NCBI GenBank assembly: GCA_019828565.1
Contig: JAHDYR010000012.1
Span: 992,001-1,056,000, forward strand
Direction of reading: 5' to 3'
DNA length: 64,000 nt
From: Carpediemonas membranifera BICM
Taxonomy: Eukaryota; Protista; Fornicata
Within the stretch, counting starts at the first letter, position 1, and each line of letters begins with the position of its first letter. The translations under genes were made by a program, and so were the position numbers. Of this stretch, positions 52,952 through 63,155 are shown in pieces. The notes below the pieces were generated by a model. It searched no databases, was not told the DNA's origin, and saw only the letters and a program-made list of their open reading frames with translations.

Positions 52952-53222
52952 CGTCGTTTAAAATTTGCTCGTCAGCACTAACATGCGGCCTTGTCGGGTT
53001 GAGTGGCCTTCGACTCTGCCCGGCTGCACTAATGCATGTAAAGGGTTGTGACTGCCCCGGACTGGATCAGCACCGTCTCACCCCCACGACTGAATAGCGG
53101 TCGCCCTCCGTCCGACCGGCTTCACCCACAGGTCCGGTGCCGCCAACCACACACGAGACTCCCGTGTACGCTGTCCTCGGCGGGTCGTATGACATCGGCT
53201 GCGATGTTTTTACACGTCATTA

Positions 53223-55908
53223 TCACACAGCGTTCTGCTTGAGCCACTCCGACGCTGCCGTGTGGTCCCGCTCCCACCAGGCCCGGCGGATCCCAGCCGC
53301 CTCCTTGGCCTGCTCGTACGGCCGGGTACAGTTGGTGGGGATGGTCATCTTGCCCAGCCTCTCCAGAACGCTGTCGAGCTCGGGCGCGGCACTGAATGCG
53401 GACATGGCGTCGTCGAGGAAGTCGCCAAACATGTTGAGTCCCACGCCCATCAGCTCGGTGAGCCGGGCCCAGTTGTCCAGGACATACTCGAGGAACAGGT
53501 GCCGCCCGCCGACGGTGTGGGGCAGTGTCCTGGAGACGTAGAGCCAGTTCGACACCGGGAACCGGGAGCCCTCCCCGAACACAGTGCCGCAGATGGAACG
53601 CAGCACGGCGGGGTCCTGGATGATTGCGGCAGCCCGGAGGCAGGCGGTGCCGTCGGCGCCGGGGTCCTTCTCGGCTGCATCGAGCAGCTTGTTGAATATC
53701 TCCTCGGCATTTTGCCCGGGCGCGTTTGCCTGAGCAGCGGCGGCATACAGCACGGGCACCTTGAGGTTGGCGACGTCGTTGGGGAGGCGCTTCAGGCCCT
53801 CCATCGAGGGCGTCTTATCAGTCCCGATGCACTCGACAATGTTCTTGAATGCCTTGTGGACGTCCTCAATCAGCTCGGCGTCCTTGGTGACCTTCAGATA
53901 CGTCGTGGCCGCCAGTGCGAGGCGCTGGCAGTCAGTGTGTCTCTCCGGGGCCACCGGGCTCTGGGACAGGTTCTCGAACGTATCCCGGGCCACCATGGTC
54001 TGGAGCTGATCGAAGGCCGCTCGGACATCGGCTTCTTCCTGCCGGTCGAAGAGGAGCAGCTTTCCGATGGCGCTGACGGCCCCGTTGAGGGAGATGAGCA
54101 GGGCGTAGTCCTCGACCCCCGCCGACAGCAGACGGATAAGGTCGAGCAGGTCAGTGATGGAGGCCGCCCCCGCCTGGCACAGTGCCTGGGTGTCGTTGAG
54201 GAGGCCGCACTTCTCGCCTACGCTCAGGTCCTTAATGATGGGGGCGAGATACTTGGACGCGCCCTGGGTGTACAGCACGCGGCACATGGTGGTGTGGCCA
54301 GCGTTCACAAGACACACGGCGTCCTCAGGGACGTCGACAGTCTGCTCGGCCGTGGCCAGCACGATCTTCATCCCAGTCTCGCCCGTCCTGATGGTCAGCG
54401 GCACGGGCCACGTGCAGCTTGCGGTATCCCCGTTGGCCATGAAGCGGCTCTGTCTGAGCTTGAGGGTGGCGCCGACATGCTCGACGGAGATGACAGGGTA
54501 GCCCTCCTTCTCGAGCCAGGGCACGAATATGTCCCGGGCGGGCTTCCCTGCGACCTCCTCGAGGACACCGAGCAGACCCTCAACAGGGACGGCCTGGTAC
54601 TCGTAGCGCTTGACGTACTCGTGCAGAACGTCGAGGAACTTCGGCCAGCCGAGGTGGGTGGCGAGCATGCGGAGGACGGACCCGCCCTTGTTGTACGAGA
54701 TGAAGTCGAATATCTGCTCAATGTCATCCGCGGTGTTGACCTCGACCCTGATACTGTGGGTCGACTTGAGTGCGTCGAGCTCCAGGGCGCCCTGCATGCA
54801 GGACGGGTCGAAGTGGGCCCAGACGTCCCACTCGGGATGGACGACGTCAACCACGTAGTACTCCATAAGGGTGGCGAAGCCCTCGTTGAGGAAGAGGTCG
54901 TTCCACCAGACCTAAGTAAAGTAAAGTGAGTAAAGTTCTTACCATTGTCGTACTGTTCCCGAACCATTGGTGTGCCAGCTCGTGGGCGATGACGACCGAC
55001 ACCCGCTCCTTGACTGCGGATGGTGTGCTGGCGTCTGTCATCAGGAGAGACGTACGGTACGTGATGAGGCCATAGTTCTCCATGGCCCCGGCCGCGAAGG
55101 AGTCCAGCGGGACCATATCCACCTTGGGGAGGGGGTAGGCGAACTTCAGCGCCTCCTGCAGCGCCGCGAGACAGGCCTTGGACTCCTCGAGGGCGAATTC
55201 GGCCTTATGCTTCTGTCCGATGGGGCAGTAGACCCGCACCGTGACGAGGTCGCCCCCGCTGCTAGACTCCTCGGCGTACTTCTTCGAAATGGTACCCTCG
55301 ACGTATTCGAGCGGGCCGACGACGAGGGCGACGAGGTAGGTTGACATGGGGGGCGACTGCTGGAATGTCACAAGGACCTTGCCGTCGTTCTCCTCTTCGG
55401 TCTCGATGGGCATGTTGCCGATAGCGACATAGTCGCTGGGCCGCGTGGTCTGGATGTCGAAGCGCGCTTTGAGTGCGGGCTCATCAAAGCAAGGGAAGGC
55501 ACGGCGCGCGTCAGTGGACTCCATCTGGGAGCCCATCATCATCTTGCGGCCATCAGGAGTGTCGACCTTCGTGCGGTAGAGCCCCGCCAGCTCAGTCAGC
55601 ATACGGGTCGTGAAGCGGATAGAGACAGTGTGCTGGCCTTCAGAAAGCTTCACAGGGATCAGGAGCATCTGGACGGCGGCATCCAGGTGGTAGTTGTCAA
55701 CGGACTGGTTGTCGATCTTCACCTCGTTGATCGTTATCTCTTGGGCATGGAGGCGAAGTAACTCCATCGCCTGCTCCTTCACATCGATCTCAATCCCTAC
55801 TGTGCCGGGGATGTCGAATGTCTCGAAGTTGGGGTCGAAGAAGACCTTGTACTTCGTTGGTATGACGTTCTTATCCAATCTCATTTGTGTGTTTTCCGTT
55901 GTTGCCAT
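53223..55908 (-). CDS. M1-family (puromycin-sensitive-like) aminopeptidase, 2 exons (intron 54912-54942)
   Basis: ARRAFPCFDEP, GAMENYG, HELAHQWFGN. A 31-nt intron restores TM|VWWNDLFLNEG. Confidence 0.95.
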
Positions 55909-56093
55909 CTGGGAAATTCGAAGTCTCGATGTGTTTCCTTGACAACTGAGGGGGTGCACTTTAACCGCCCTGGGCCCATGAGAGGGCATCCTGACTGACG
56001 TGCGCTCAGTGTGAGCGACGCCAGACGACGGCACAGTCCCGGGCAACGAAACAGTGGCCACCATGGTTGCCATTAGACTAGTAACATTTAGAT

Positions 56094-56861
56094 TCAGATA
56101 CAGGCGATCGCCTCCCTCACCAGAGCCGCCACGAGCCTCCCCGCGAAGCCCTCCATGAAGGCGTTGAAGTCGAACTCCGCCTCCTCGTCGGCTGAGTCCG
56201 AGATGACCCTCAGGTCAGCCACGGGGATGCCGAACTCCCGCCCAACGACTGCCAGCACGCCGCCCTCCATCTCACATGCCAGGGGGGCTCTGGAGAGCTC
56301 CTTGTAGCCGTCTATGATGTCGTTTTTGTGCTGTGTAGACGAGATGAACTGGTCTCCGCAGACTATGAGGCCCGTGTGCAGGGTTGGCTGGGTCGCGTGG
56401 AACTGTGCCAGGTCGACACCGTTGAAGTCCGCAGAGAAACCATGCTTGAGATACTTCGCCACCGCGGCCTTGAATACGTCCGTGCGGTCTGTCGGCCAGA
56501 GCTTGCCGCCGAGGTCCGGGACTTCAAACCGGTCGCACAGAGGCCTCGAATCGAGGTCATGCTGGCTCACCTCGGAGGCGATGACGATGTCGCCGACCTT
56601 GACGTTGGGGTGCATGGACCCCGCGACCCCGCCGAAGATGATGAAGCCACATTTGAACCGATCAATGAGGAGCGTGGCGGTGAGGGCTGTCGCCGTCTTG
56701 CCGGGATGCGATAGAACAAGCACAACGCAACGGTTGTAGAGCGAACCGATCATGAACTCTCTGTTGCCGAATATTTCGGAGCGTTGAAGGCGCATGTGGT
56801 CGCGGAGAACGGAGATCTCGCCTTCACAGGCGCTGAAGATGCCGATGGGTGAATTGACCAT
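56094..56861 (-). CDS. mtnN: 5'-methylthioadenosine/S-adenosylhomocysteine nucleosidase
   Basis: IGIFSACEGE, GKTATA, GVAGS, GLIVCGDQFI, CEMEGG, RVISDSAD. Confidence 0.9.
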   Translation of the reverse strand: MVNSPIGIFSACEGEISVLRDHMRLQRSEIFGNREFMIGSLYNRCVVLVLSHPGKTATALTATLLIDRFKCGFIIFGGVAGSMHPNVKVGDIVIASEVSQHDLDSRPLCDRFEVPDLGGKLWPTDRTDVFKAAVAKYLKHGFSADFNGVDLAQFHATQPTLHTGLIVCGDQFISSTQHKNDIIDGYKELSRAPLACEMEGGVLAVVGREFGIPVADLRVISDSADEEAEFDFNAFMEGFAGRLVAALVREAIACI

Positions 56862-57072
56862 TGTATTGGATTATTCCTTCCTTCTGGCCAATCTCACTTC
56901 CCCCCAAGCATTGCTACTCCAAGCTGATTCCGGCAAGATCTAGTGTTGTTCAAGATTTGGGAACAGCACTCACCACATGCCAGCCACCGCATGCCACTAC
57001 AGTGATCTAAAGAGCTCACTTCAGCGCCCGCATTTATTGCGTCGAAAATGAGAAGCGTTTCTTTGGAGCACT

Positions 57073-57786
57073 TCATAAGAAGAGCATGTCTAGGGCACTC
57101 CTGAGGCCCGCTAGCACCGGCCGTACGGTCATGAGGATGACCTTAGTGAGGGGCGACCGGAACCTAGCGTCATAACCCTCTTGCCGGGACCTGCGCCGCT
57201 GCCTAATGCGGCTCGTCGTGCTGTCTCGCGGCTTACCGCTCGATGGCGGGGTCGAGAATGACCCCTCGTGGTTTAGACTACGCTCGCTGATCTCGGCCGT
57301 CTCGCACTCCATCAGACTGCTGTCGGCGAATGATGTTTCCGGTCCGCCCATCACAGGCGGAATCATGTCCAGCTGTGCGCTGTTCTTGAGGCACCCGGCC
57401 CTGTCGTCCGGTACTATGGGCAGGTGCACGAGCTCGCAGGGCCCAATGCTGGCCGTGCTGGATGTGGAGCCGTCCTCATCGCCGACCATCGGTAGAGCGA
57501 ACCGAACGGCCTGCGATGGAGAGTCACCGCCGCCTCTAAGGCAGGACCGGGTCGGAGTCACCGGCGACTGGCCGACGCTGAAAGAGGATGTGGTGCTCGA
57601 GCCTCGATAATGCGGTCTGCAATCGAAAGATTGGCCTATAGTCTTACTTCCTTGTTCTCTATGCATTTCTGTTGCGTCAAGAGCACTTGCTCGCCTCTGT
57701 TGTGTTCGATGACGCACAGTAGCGGCCACAGCTGTAGTTTGATCTAATTCTGAACATTGCGCGTCACAGGGCTCTTCAGTCGTCAT
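57073..57786 (-). CDS. Hypothetical Ser/Arg-rich protein
   Basis: 237-aa ATG ORF filling the intergenic space; no recognisable motif. Confidence 0.55.
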   Translation of the reverse strand: MTTEEPCDAQCSELDQTTAVAATVRHRTQQRRASALDATEMHREQGSKTIGQSFDCRPHYRGSSTTSSFSVGQSPVTPTRSCLRGGGDSPSQAVRFALPMVGDEDGSTSSTASIGPCELVHLPIVPDDRAGCLKNSAQLDMIPPVMGGPETSFADSSLMECETAEISERSLNHEGSFSTPPSSGKPRDSTTSRIRQRRRSRQEGYDARFRSPLTKVILMTVRPVLAGLRSALDMLFL

Positions 57787-58186
57787 AATATGTATCGGTA
57801 TGTCCTTCGTTCGTGCCGTGAGAAGCGATTAGCTCACAGGCTTTTGAAGTGAGACCTGCAGCGGATGAGATCGTTCGATCGCAACCGACTAGATACGCCG
57901 TATCTTATCGTGATATGTGGTCGCGCCGCCGACCGACTATGGCCAGGGTCCCCGGCGTGCTTCCCCGGTCTTGGGCTCAGTGCAGTCGAATATACGCGGG
58001 TCAACACGTTTCTGCTTTAACAAATCAGACCGCTGTCGGTCATAATAAGATTAGATTTAACCGAGTGCGTGTGATCGCATGCCCACTACCCAATAGTCTG
58101 CCCCGGCAGTGTCGTTACAATACCGGGGCCGTGCTCGGTCCTGCACACGAACCCTCAGCGCTATTTACATAAAACCGTTTACACGG

Positions 58187-59200
58187 CTATCTCCACAGGA
58201 TGCCCTTCCGCTTAGCCGCCTGGGGGCTGGGGCTGGGCAGCCCGGGCCCGTCGCCGTAGGACCCCTCAATGGGCGCGATGTTCGCCATCCGGACCATCTC
58301 CGCCACCGTGGGGCCGCCATACGGGCTCGTTGTCGGCTCCTTGACCCGAACCATGTCCTTGGCGGCCTCCTCTGGCCCGATGAGTCTCACGAGGGGATGT
58401 GTTGACGTGTCAATGATCGTCGTCTCCACCCGGGACCCGCGCCGCTCAACGGGCTCGGGGGACTTCGTTGCCACGATCTCCTGGATGGGCACGGGCGAGG
58501 CGGGCGAGGCGGGTGTCGGTGGGGAGGAGAGCAGAGTCGGCGTCACCATGCCAGACGTCACCGCGACCGGCTCCTCGACAATCTCAGAGCCTGCGCAGGT
58601 CTCGCCATGGTCGGCCATGTCATCAACAATGACGCCGAGGCTGCCCGCGGGGGTCGGGTTTGGGGGGCGGGCGGGGACGGGCGACCTGGCCTTGGGCCCA
58701 TCCATCGCCAAGCGGAACAGGGGAGAGCCGAAGGCCTTGTGCGTGCCCTTGACCGGGGGGAGAGAAGGCCCGTCGCTGTACGAGTTTGGCTCTGGGATGG
58801 CGCGGGCCTCGGATGGTGTCTCCGCAGGGCGTACGGCCGTCACGTGCGTTGTTAGGATGTCGGTGATGCGTTTGCCCGCGATGGTATCGTCATTGGGCTT
58901 GATGACGCCGTGTCGTCCTACGGCCTCGGGGCTCTGCTCCGTTCGCTCGATGTTGAAGTGCGCCTTCAGCAATGTGGGGTTCGGTGAGGCTGGAGTGTGG
59001 CCCACACCGCTCGTAGCGAGTCTCGAGAGACCAGGGCGCGGTACAATGCGCTGGGAAGTCTTTAAATCCGTCGCGGAAGAGACAGACACGGTATACTTAC
59101 CGACGGGGACGATTTGCGTCGGTGTATAGGCTGATGAGTATACTGGGCTGCTAGATGCTGAGACAACAAGTGCGTCCATTTTCTTCTCAGCAGTATTCAT
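58187..59200 (-). CDS. Hypothetical Pro/Ser/Thr-rich protein
   Basis: 337-aa ORF with GC3 bias; GTGTAAA immediately after the stop. Confidence 0.65.
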   Translation of the reverse strand: MNTAEKKMDALVVSASSSPVYSSAYTPTQIVPVGKYTVSVSSATDLKTSQRIVPRPGLSRLATSGVGHTPASPNPTLLKAHFNIERTEQSPEAVGRHGVIKPNDDTIAGKRITDILTTHVTAVRPAETPSEARAIPEPNSYSDGPSLPPVKGTHKAFGSPLFRLAMDGPKARSPVPARPPNPTPAGSLGVIVDDMADHGETCAGSEIVEEPVAVTSGMVTPTLLSSPPTPASPASPVPIQEIVATKSPEPVERRGSRVETTIIDTSTHPLVRLIGPEEAAKDMVRVKEPTTSPYGGPTVAEMVRMANIAPIEGSYGDGPGLPSPSPQAAKRKGILWR

Positions 59201-59437
59201 GATGATTTGAAGTTTGACGCAGGGATGCGCGAGTATCCTTAACGTGCACGCTCCGTCTTCCAGCTGGCAGGAGCCTACAAGGTGATTAAAGTGTCGCTGT
59301 ACCGACGGTGTGTCTGTTTCCTATAATGATTCGGACAATTAGCAAGAGACAGCCGGCCATGCCGAAACGGCAGTAATTTATCACATGCCCCATCGACCAC
59401 GCTAAGCCCGTGACTACAAAGCACCATGGCGTTGTCC

Positions 59438-61507
59438 TCACCAGAACTTCAACCGTCGGCCCCAGCCCTGCCCGGTCTTGATGCGGACGATCTCCGCCGG
59501 GGTCAGTTGAAGGATCCCGCCCAGCGTGTCCACAACGCCGTTCACATCGGGCTGGGAGAAGGCTGCGATGACGGCTGCTCGGACATGCTGCATCTCTGCC
59601 TGGTCCGACCCCGCCGGCCGCATGCTCTCGGCCCGCACAGTGCTCAGCTCGGACTCAAGGACGGCCACCCGCTCCCGGAGCTCGTTCGCCATCGCTGACC
59701 GAGTTCCGTCAGCAAATGACTCGTCAGCGGGTGCGGGCGGGGGAATAATTGACTTCTGACTGGCCTCGAGCTCAGTCTTGAGGTCCGCGACGAGGGCCTC
59801 GAGATCGGCCATTTTCTTCTCCATGGCGGCGCCCTCGGCCCTGGCCTCATCGCGCTGCTCAACAAGCTGCCCGCGCTCAAACTGCCACTCGGCCCGCTGG
59901 ATCTCGACGAGGTTCATGAGCTCAACCGACTCCGGCTGAGTCTTCGGAGTCACCGACTCGGCCGTCTTTGGTGGACTGGCCCGTGTCAGCGACCCGGTCG
60001 ACACCGTGTGTGCCGTGCGAGCAGTCATACCCAGCAAGGTCCGTTGGGCCCGGACGAGGTCAGCTTCGAGCGTCTGGATGCGGGCGCGGAGTCCAACGGC
60101 GCGGTCCTCGGGGATGGTACACTGGCCGCGGACCTCGGTAGCCCTGACCCAGCCCGACGCCATGCCCGTCGACACCTGCACCCAGCTCCCGTCTGCCCCA
60201 TCGACGGCATCAACGGGCGTTGGGCCGGTCACTGGGGCGATGCCGTCCGGGAAGGCAGAGAGCCCGGCGAGGTCGACCTTCGCGGCCAGAAGCCGGAAGT
60301 GAAGATCCGGGTTGGACGGCAGCGAGGCGGCCACCACACTGGCGATACCGTCAAGCCGCTCCGTCAGCTTGACCCGGGTGGCCCGCAGCTCGGCAACGGT
60401 CTTGTTCATCTGCTCGAGGTTCGCCAGCGCCCGCTTGAGCTGTGCGGTGAGCTTGGCGGCCCTCTCGTCAGCCCTGGCCTTGTGGTCCCGGAGCCCCTGG
60501 AGCTGATCCTCCCGGGTCCGGTCGAGGTCGGCGCCCTGCTGCACAAGACCCGCCTGGCGCTGGATCTCGGTGTTCTTTGCTGCAATGATGGCCTGGTACT
60601 CCGTCTTGATCGTGTCCAGGCGCCGTGTGTCCGCCTCGTGCGCCTTGACCGCGTCGTTCAGCTTTGTCTTGAGCAGGTCAATCACCGGCGACGGTATCTC
60701 GACCTGCACGCCCGCCTCGCCCAGCTTGGCCCGCTCGGTGTTCGTCGACGCGTGGGCCGGCTTGTGGCGGCGTGTCTGTATCTTCCGGTGGGTCCCGATG
60801 GGCTCCGTCTGTTGTCCCGCGACATCAACGTCGACAACAGGTCTTACAGAAACGGCGTCGGTCTGCTGATGCGTCTCGGTGATCTCTACCGCTGGCTTCG
60901 CGGCAACGGCGTCGGTCTGCTGATGCGTCTCGGTGATCTCTACCGCTGGCTTCGCGGCAACGGCGTCGGTCTGCTGATGCGTCTCGGTGATCTCTACCGC
61001 TGGCTTCGTGGCAACGGCGTCGGTCTGCTGATGCGTCTCGGTGATCTCTACCGCTGGCTTCGCGGCAACGGCGTCGGTCTGCTGATGCGTCTCGGTGATC
61101 TCTACCGCTGGCTTCGCGGCAACGGCGTCGGTCTGCTGATGCGTCTCGGTGATCTCTACCGCTGGCTTCGCGGCAACGGCGTCGGTCTGCTGATGCGTCT
61201 CGGTGATCACTATCAGCGCCGAGTGTGCCACTGGTCCCCTATCGGACTCCTTGTCGGGCTCGCTTGTCTTGCCTGCAGCCAGCTCGGCTCTAAGAGTCGC
61301 TGCCTCTGTCAGAGTTGTCCTCAGCCGTTCAGCCATGCCTCTCATCGATGCTGCGGTACCTCTGCTTTCCTCTTGTGCCGAGCGCACCTCCTTGTTTGCT
61401 TCAATCAGCGCACTGCGCAGCTGCTCGTTCTCCCGCTTCATCGAATTGAACTTTTCCACTACTGCTTGAGCTCTCTTGTTGTTTGAGCGTCCCTGTGGCT
61501 GGCTCAT
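59438..61507 (-). CDS. Coiled-coil golgin-like protein with GRIP-like C-terminus and internal tandem repeats
   Basis: Coiled coils, C-terminal EMQHVRAAVIAAF...VVDTLGGILQLTPAE...W, 18-aa repeats. Confidence 0.7.
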   Translation of the reverse strand: MSQPQGRSNNKRAQAVVEKFNSMKRENEQLRSALIEANKEVRSAQEESRGTAASMRGMAERLRTTLTEAATLRAELAAGKTSEPDKESDRGPVAHSALIVITETHQQTDAVAAKPAVEITETHQQTDAVAAKPAVEITETHQQTDAVAAKPAVEITETHQQTDAVATKPAVEITETHQQTDAVAAKPAVEITETHQQTDAVAAKPAVEITETHQQTDAVSVRPVVDVDVAGQQTEPIGTHRKIQTRRHKPAHASTNTERAKLGEAGVQVEIPSPVIDLLKTKLNDAVKAHEADTRRLDTIKTEYQAIIAAKNTEIQRQAGLVQQGADLDRTREDQLQGLRDHKARADERAAKLTAQLKRALANLEQMNKTVAELRATRVKLTERLDGIASVVAASLPSNPDLHFRLLAAKVDLAGLSAFPDGIAPVTGPTPVDAVDGADGSWVQVSTGMASGWVRATEVRGQCTIPEDRAVGLRARIQTLEADLVRAQRTLLGMTARTAHTVSTGSLTRASPPKTAESVTPKTQPESVELMNLVEIQRAEWQFERGQLVEQRDEARAEGAAMEKKMADLEALVADLKTELEASQKSIIPPPAPADESFADGTRSAMANELRERVAVLESELSTVRAESMRPAGSDQAEMQHVRAAVIAAFSQPDVNGVVDTLGGILQLTPAEIVRIKTGQGWGRRLKFW
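60851..61208 (-). repeat. Coding minisatellite, 54-bp unit x about 6.6
   Basis: Units start at 60851, 60905, 60959, 61013, 61067, 61121, 61175. They encode EITETHQQTDAVAAKPAV; one substitution seen (A to T codon near 61009). Confidence 0.97.
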
Positions 61508-61814
61508 TCCTGTTTGGGACCTCGTCTTGTCGCCAGTCCCATATTCTGCGAACCCCGGACTCGGTCGGCCCTGGGCCCAGAGCCCGCCAGGTAGCCCATG
61601 AAGACCCGGCCGTGCGCTTGTATCGGCTCTTGTAGCATATATTCACATTGTTCAGCCTAGCCTGATTTGCACTTCAAGAGCTGACTAACCAGAACTCGGA
61701 TGTTTACAATCAGCACCTCAAAGGCAGAACTACCCCAATGGACATAAAACTCACACCCCAACGGCTGTGGCTCCGCCATGGCCACCGCACTTTAAGACAC
61801 ATCCGCTGTCCCAA

Positions 61815-63131
61815 ATGCCGTTATCCCTGGCGGATTTCTCTAATGTGAATGTAGAACTCGCCAAGAGTCTTCTTAATGTTGCGGAGGAGCACTATTCCGT
61901 TCTCCAGACCTGTATCAACATCCAGAACACCATGTCCTTCTTGTCTCTCGAGCCTGAGCAGGTTGGCGCCTTCATCGACATGATGGACTTCGGGTTTGAG
62001 ATACCAGAGTTAGAGGAATCCGAGTCGGAGCCCGAGGACGACGAGAACAGCGATTCCGAATCCGATAGCTCCGAGGATGAGGGCGTTGAGGACGAGATCG
62101 ACAAGGAGGACCAGATAGTATCCGACATGGACAGCCAGTGCGACAGCGAGGATGCGGAAGACGAGGTCGCGTCCGAGGAGGATGCTGATACCGCCAACCC
62201 GCTCGTCGAGGACGACCGCGAGGCAATCTCCGCCATGGAGAGCGCACTAGTGTCCGAAAAGCCCTGGCAGATGCGGGGCGAGATCAACGCGGCGATGCGG
62301 CCGAAGGACAGTCTGCTGGACCAAGTGGTCGACTTCGACGTCGCGCTGAAGAGGGCACCTGAGCCCAGCGAGAACCTGGACGACCGCATCGAGGCGATGA
62401 TCCGGCATCGGATCATAGAGCGGGAGTTTGACGACGTCGTGGCAAGGAAGGCACCCGAGACGGTCGGCGACGGCGACGAGCTTGCGACCAAGCCGAAGAC
62501 GAAGGAGCTGCGCGGCCTTGCGGATGAGTATGCCGACGAGTTCATCAGGCAGGCTGGGCTCGAGGCGAAGGAGGTTCCCGCGGACGTACAGGCGCTGCGC
62601 AAGGAGGTCCTGGGTCTCGCGGATAACTGCTTCAACCTCCTGGACTCCCTCGTGTCGACGCACCACCACCACCAGATCCGGGCGGACCTCACCGTCACAG
62701 GCAAGCAGGGCGAGGACGTCCGTCTCGCCGCAGTCGCCTCAGGCACAATCGAGGCCGCCCTCGCTGCTGAGGCCAACGCCATCGATGAGCGCGACCGCCG
62801 TGCCCGCGTTGACGCCGGCCGCACCGAGTTGACTCAGGAAGAGCGGCGTGCGCGTCGGTCTGCCAAGAAGGACCGTCAGAAGAAGCGGAACGCGGGGCAG
62901 GAGGAGGCCCGGCAGGCAAAGGTCCGGCTTGTTCGTCAAAAGGAAGCTGGCGGGCTCGAGAAGACCACCCGTCGCGAGGACGCTATCATGCGGCGTAACG
63001 CGGAGATCGAGATGGCGCGGATGTCCAACGTCGAGAGCGGGAAGGGCGCTGACGGGAGCAACTACCAGATGGGCAAGTCCGTGTTCGGCATGCTGCAGGC
63101 GTCCCAGGAGAAGAAGGGCAAGAAGAAGTAG
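61815..63131 (+). CDS. MPP10: U3 snoRNP protein MPP10
   Basis: Acidic N-terminal region, EKPWQMRGEINAAMRPKDSLL, IEAMIRHRIIEREFDDV, GLADEYADEF, ELTQEERRARR. Confidence 0.93.
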   Translation: MPLSLADFSNVNVELAKSLLNVAEEHYSVLQTCINIQNTMSFLSLEPEQVGAFIDMMDFGFEIPELEESESEPEDDENSDSESDSSEDEGVEDEIDKEDQIVSDMDSQCDSEDAEDEVASEEDADTANPLVEDDREAISAMESALVSEKPWQMRGEINAAMRPKDSLLDQVVDFDVALKRAPEPSENLDDRIEAMIRHRIIEREFDDVVARKAPETVGDGDELATKPKTKELRGLADEYADEFIRQAGLEAKEVPADVQALRKEVLGLADNCFNLLDSLVSTHHHHQIRADLTVTGKQGEDVRLAAVASGTIEAALAAEANAIDERDRRARVDAGRTELTQEERRARRSAKKDRQKKRNAGQEEARQAKVRLVRQKEAGGLEKTTRREDAIMRRNAEIEMARMSNVESGKGADGSNYQMGKSVFGMLQASQEKKGKKK

Positions 63132-63155
63132 ACTAAACGCGGTTCAATCCGATTT

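Noticed and set aside
60851-61208. 54-bp tandem repeat as a CRISPR-like array
   Set aside because: Units are contiguous without unique spacers and in frame within a CDS.
61692-61706. GAACTCGGAT match to the flank of the solo repeat at 32747-32756
   Set aside because: A 10-bp match is expected by chance in 64 kb; the repeat itself is absent.
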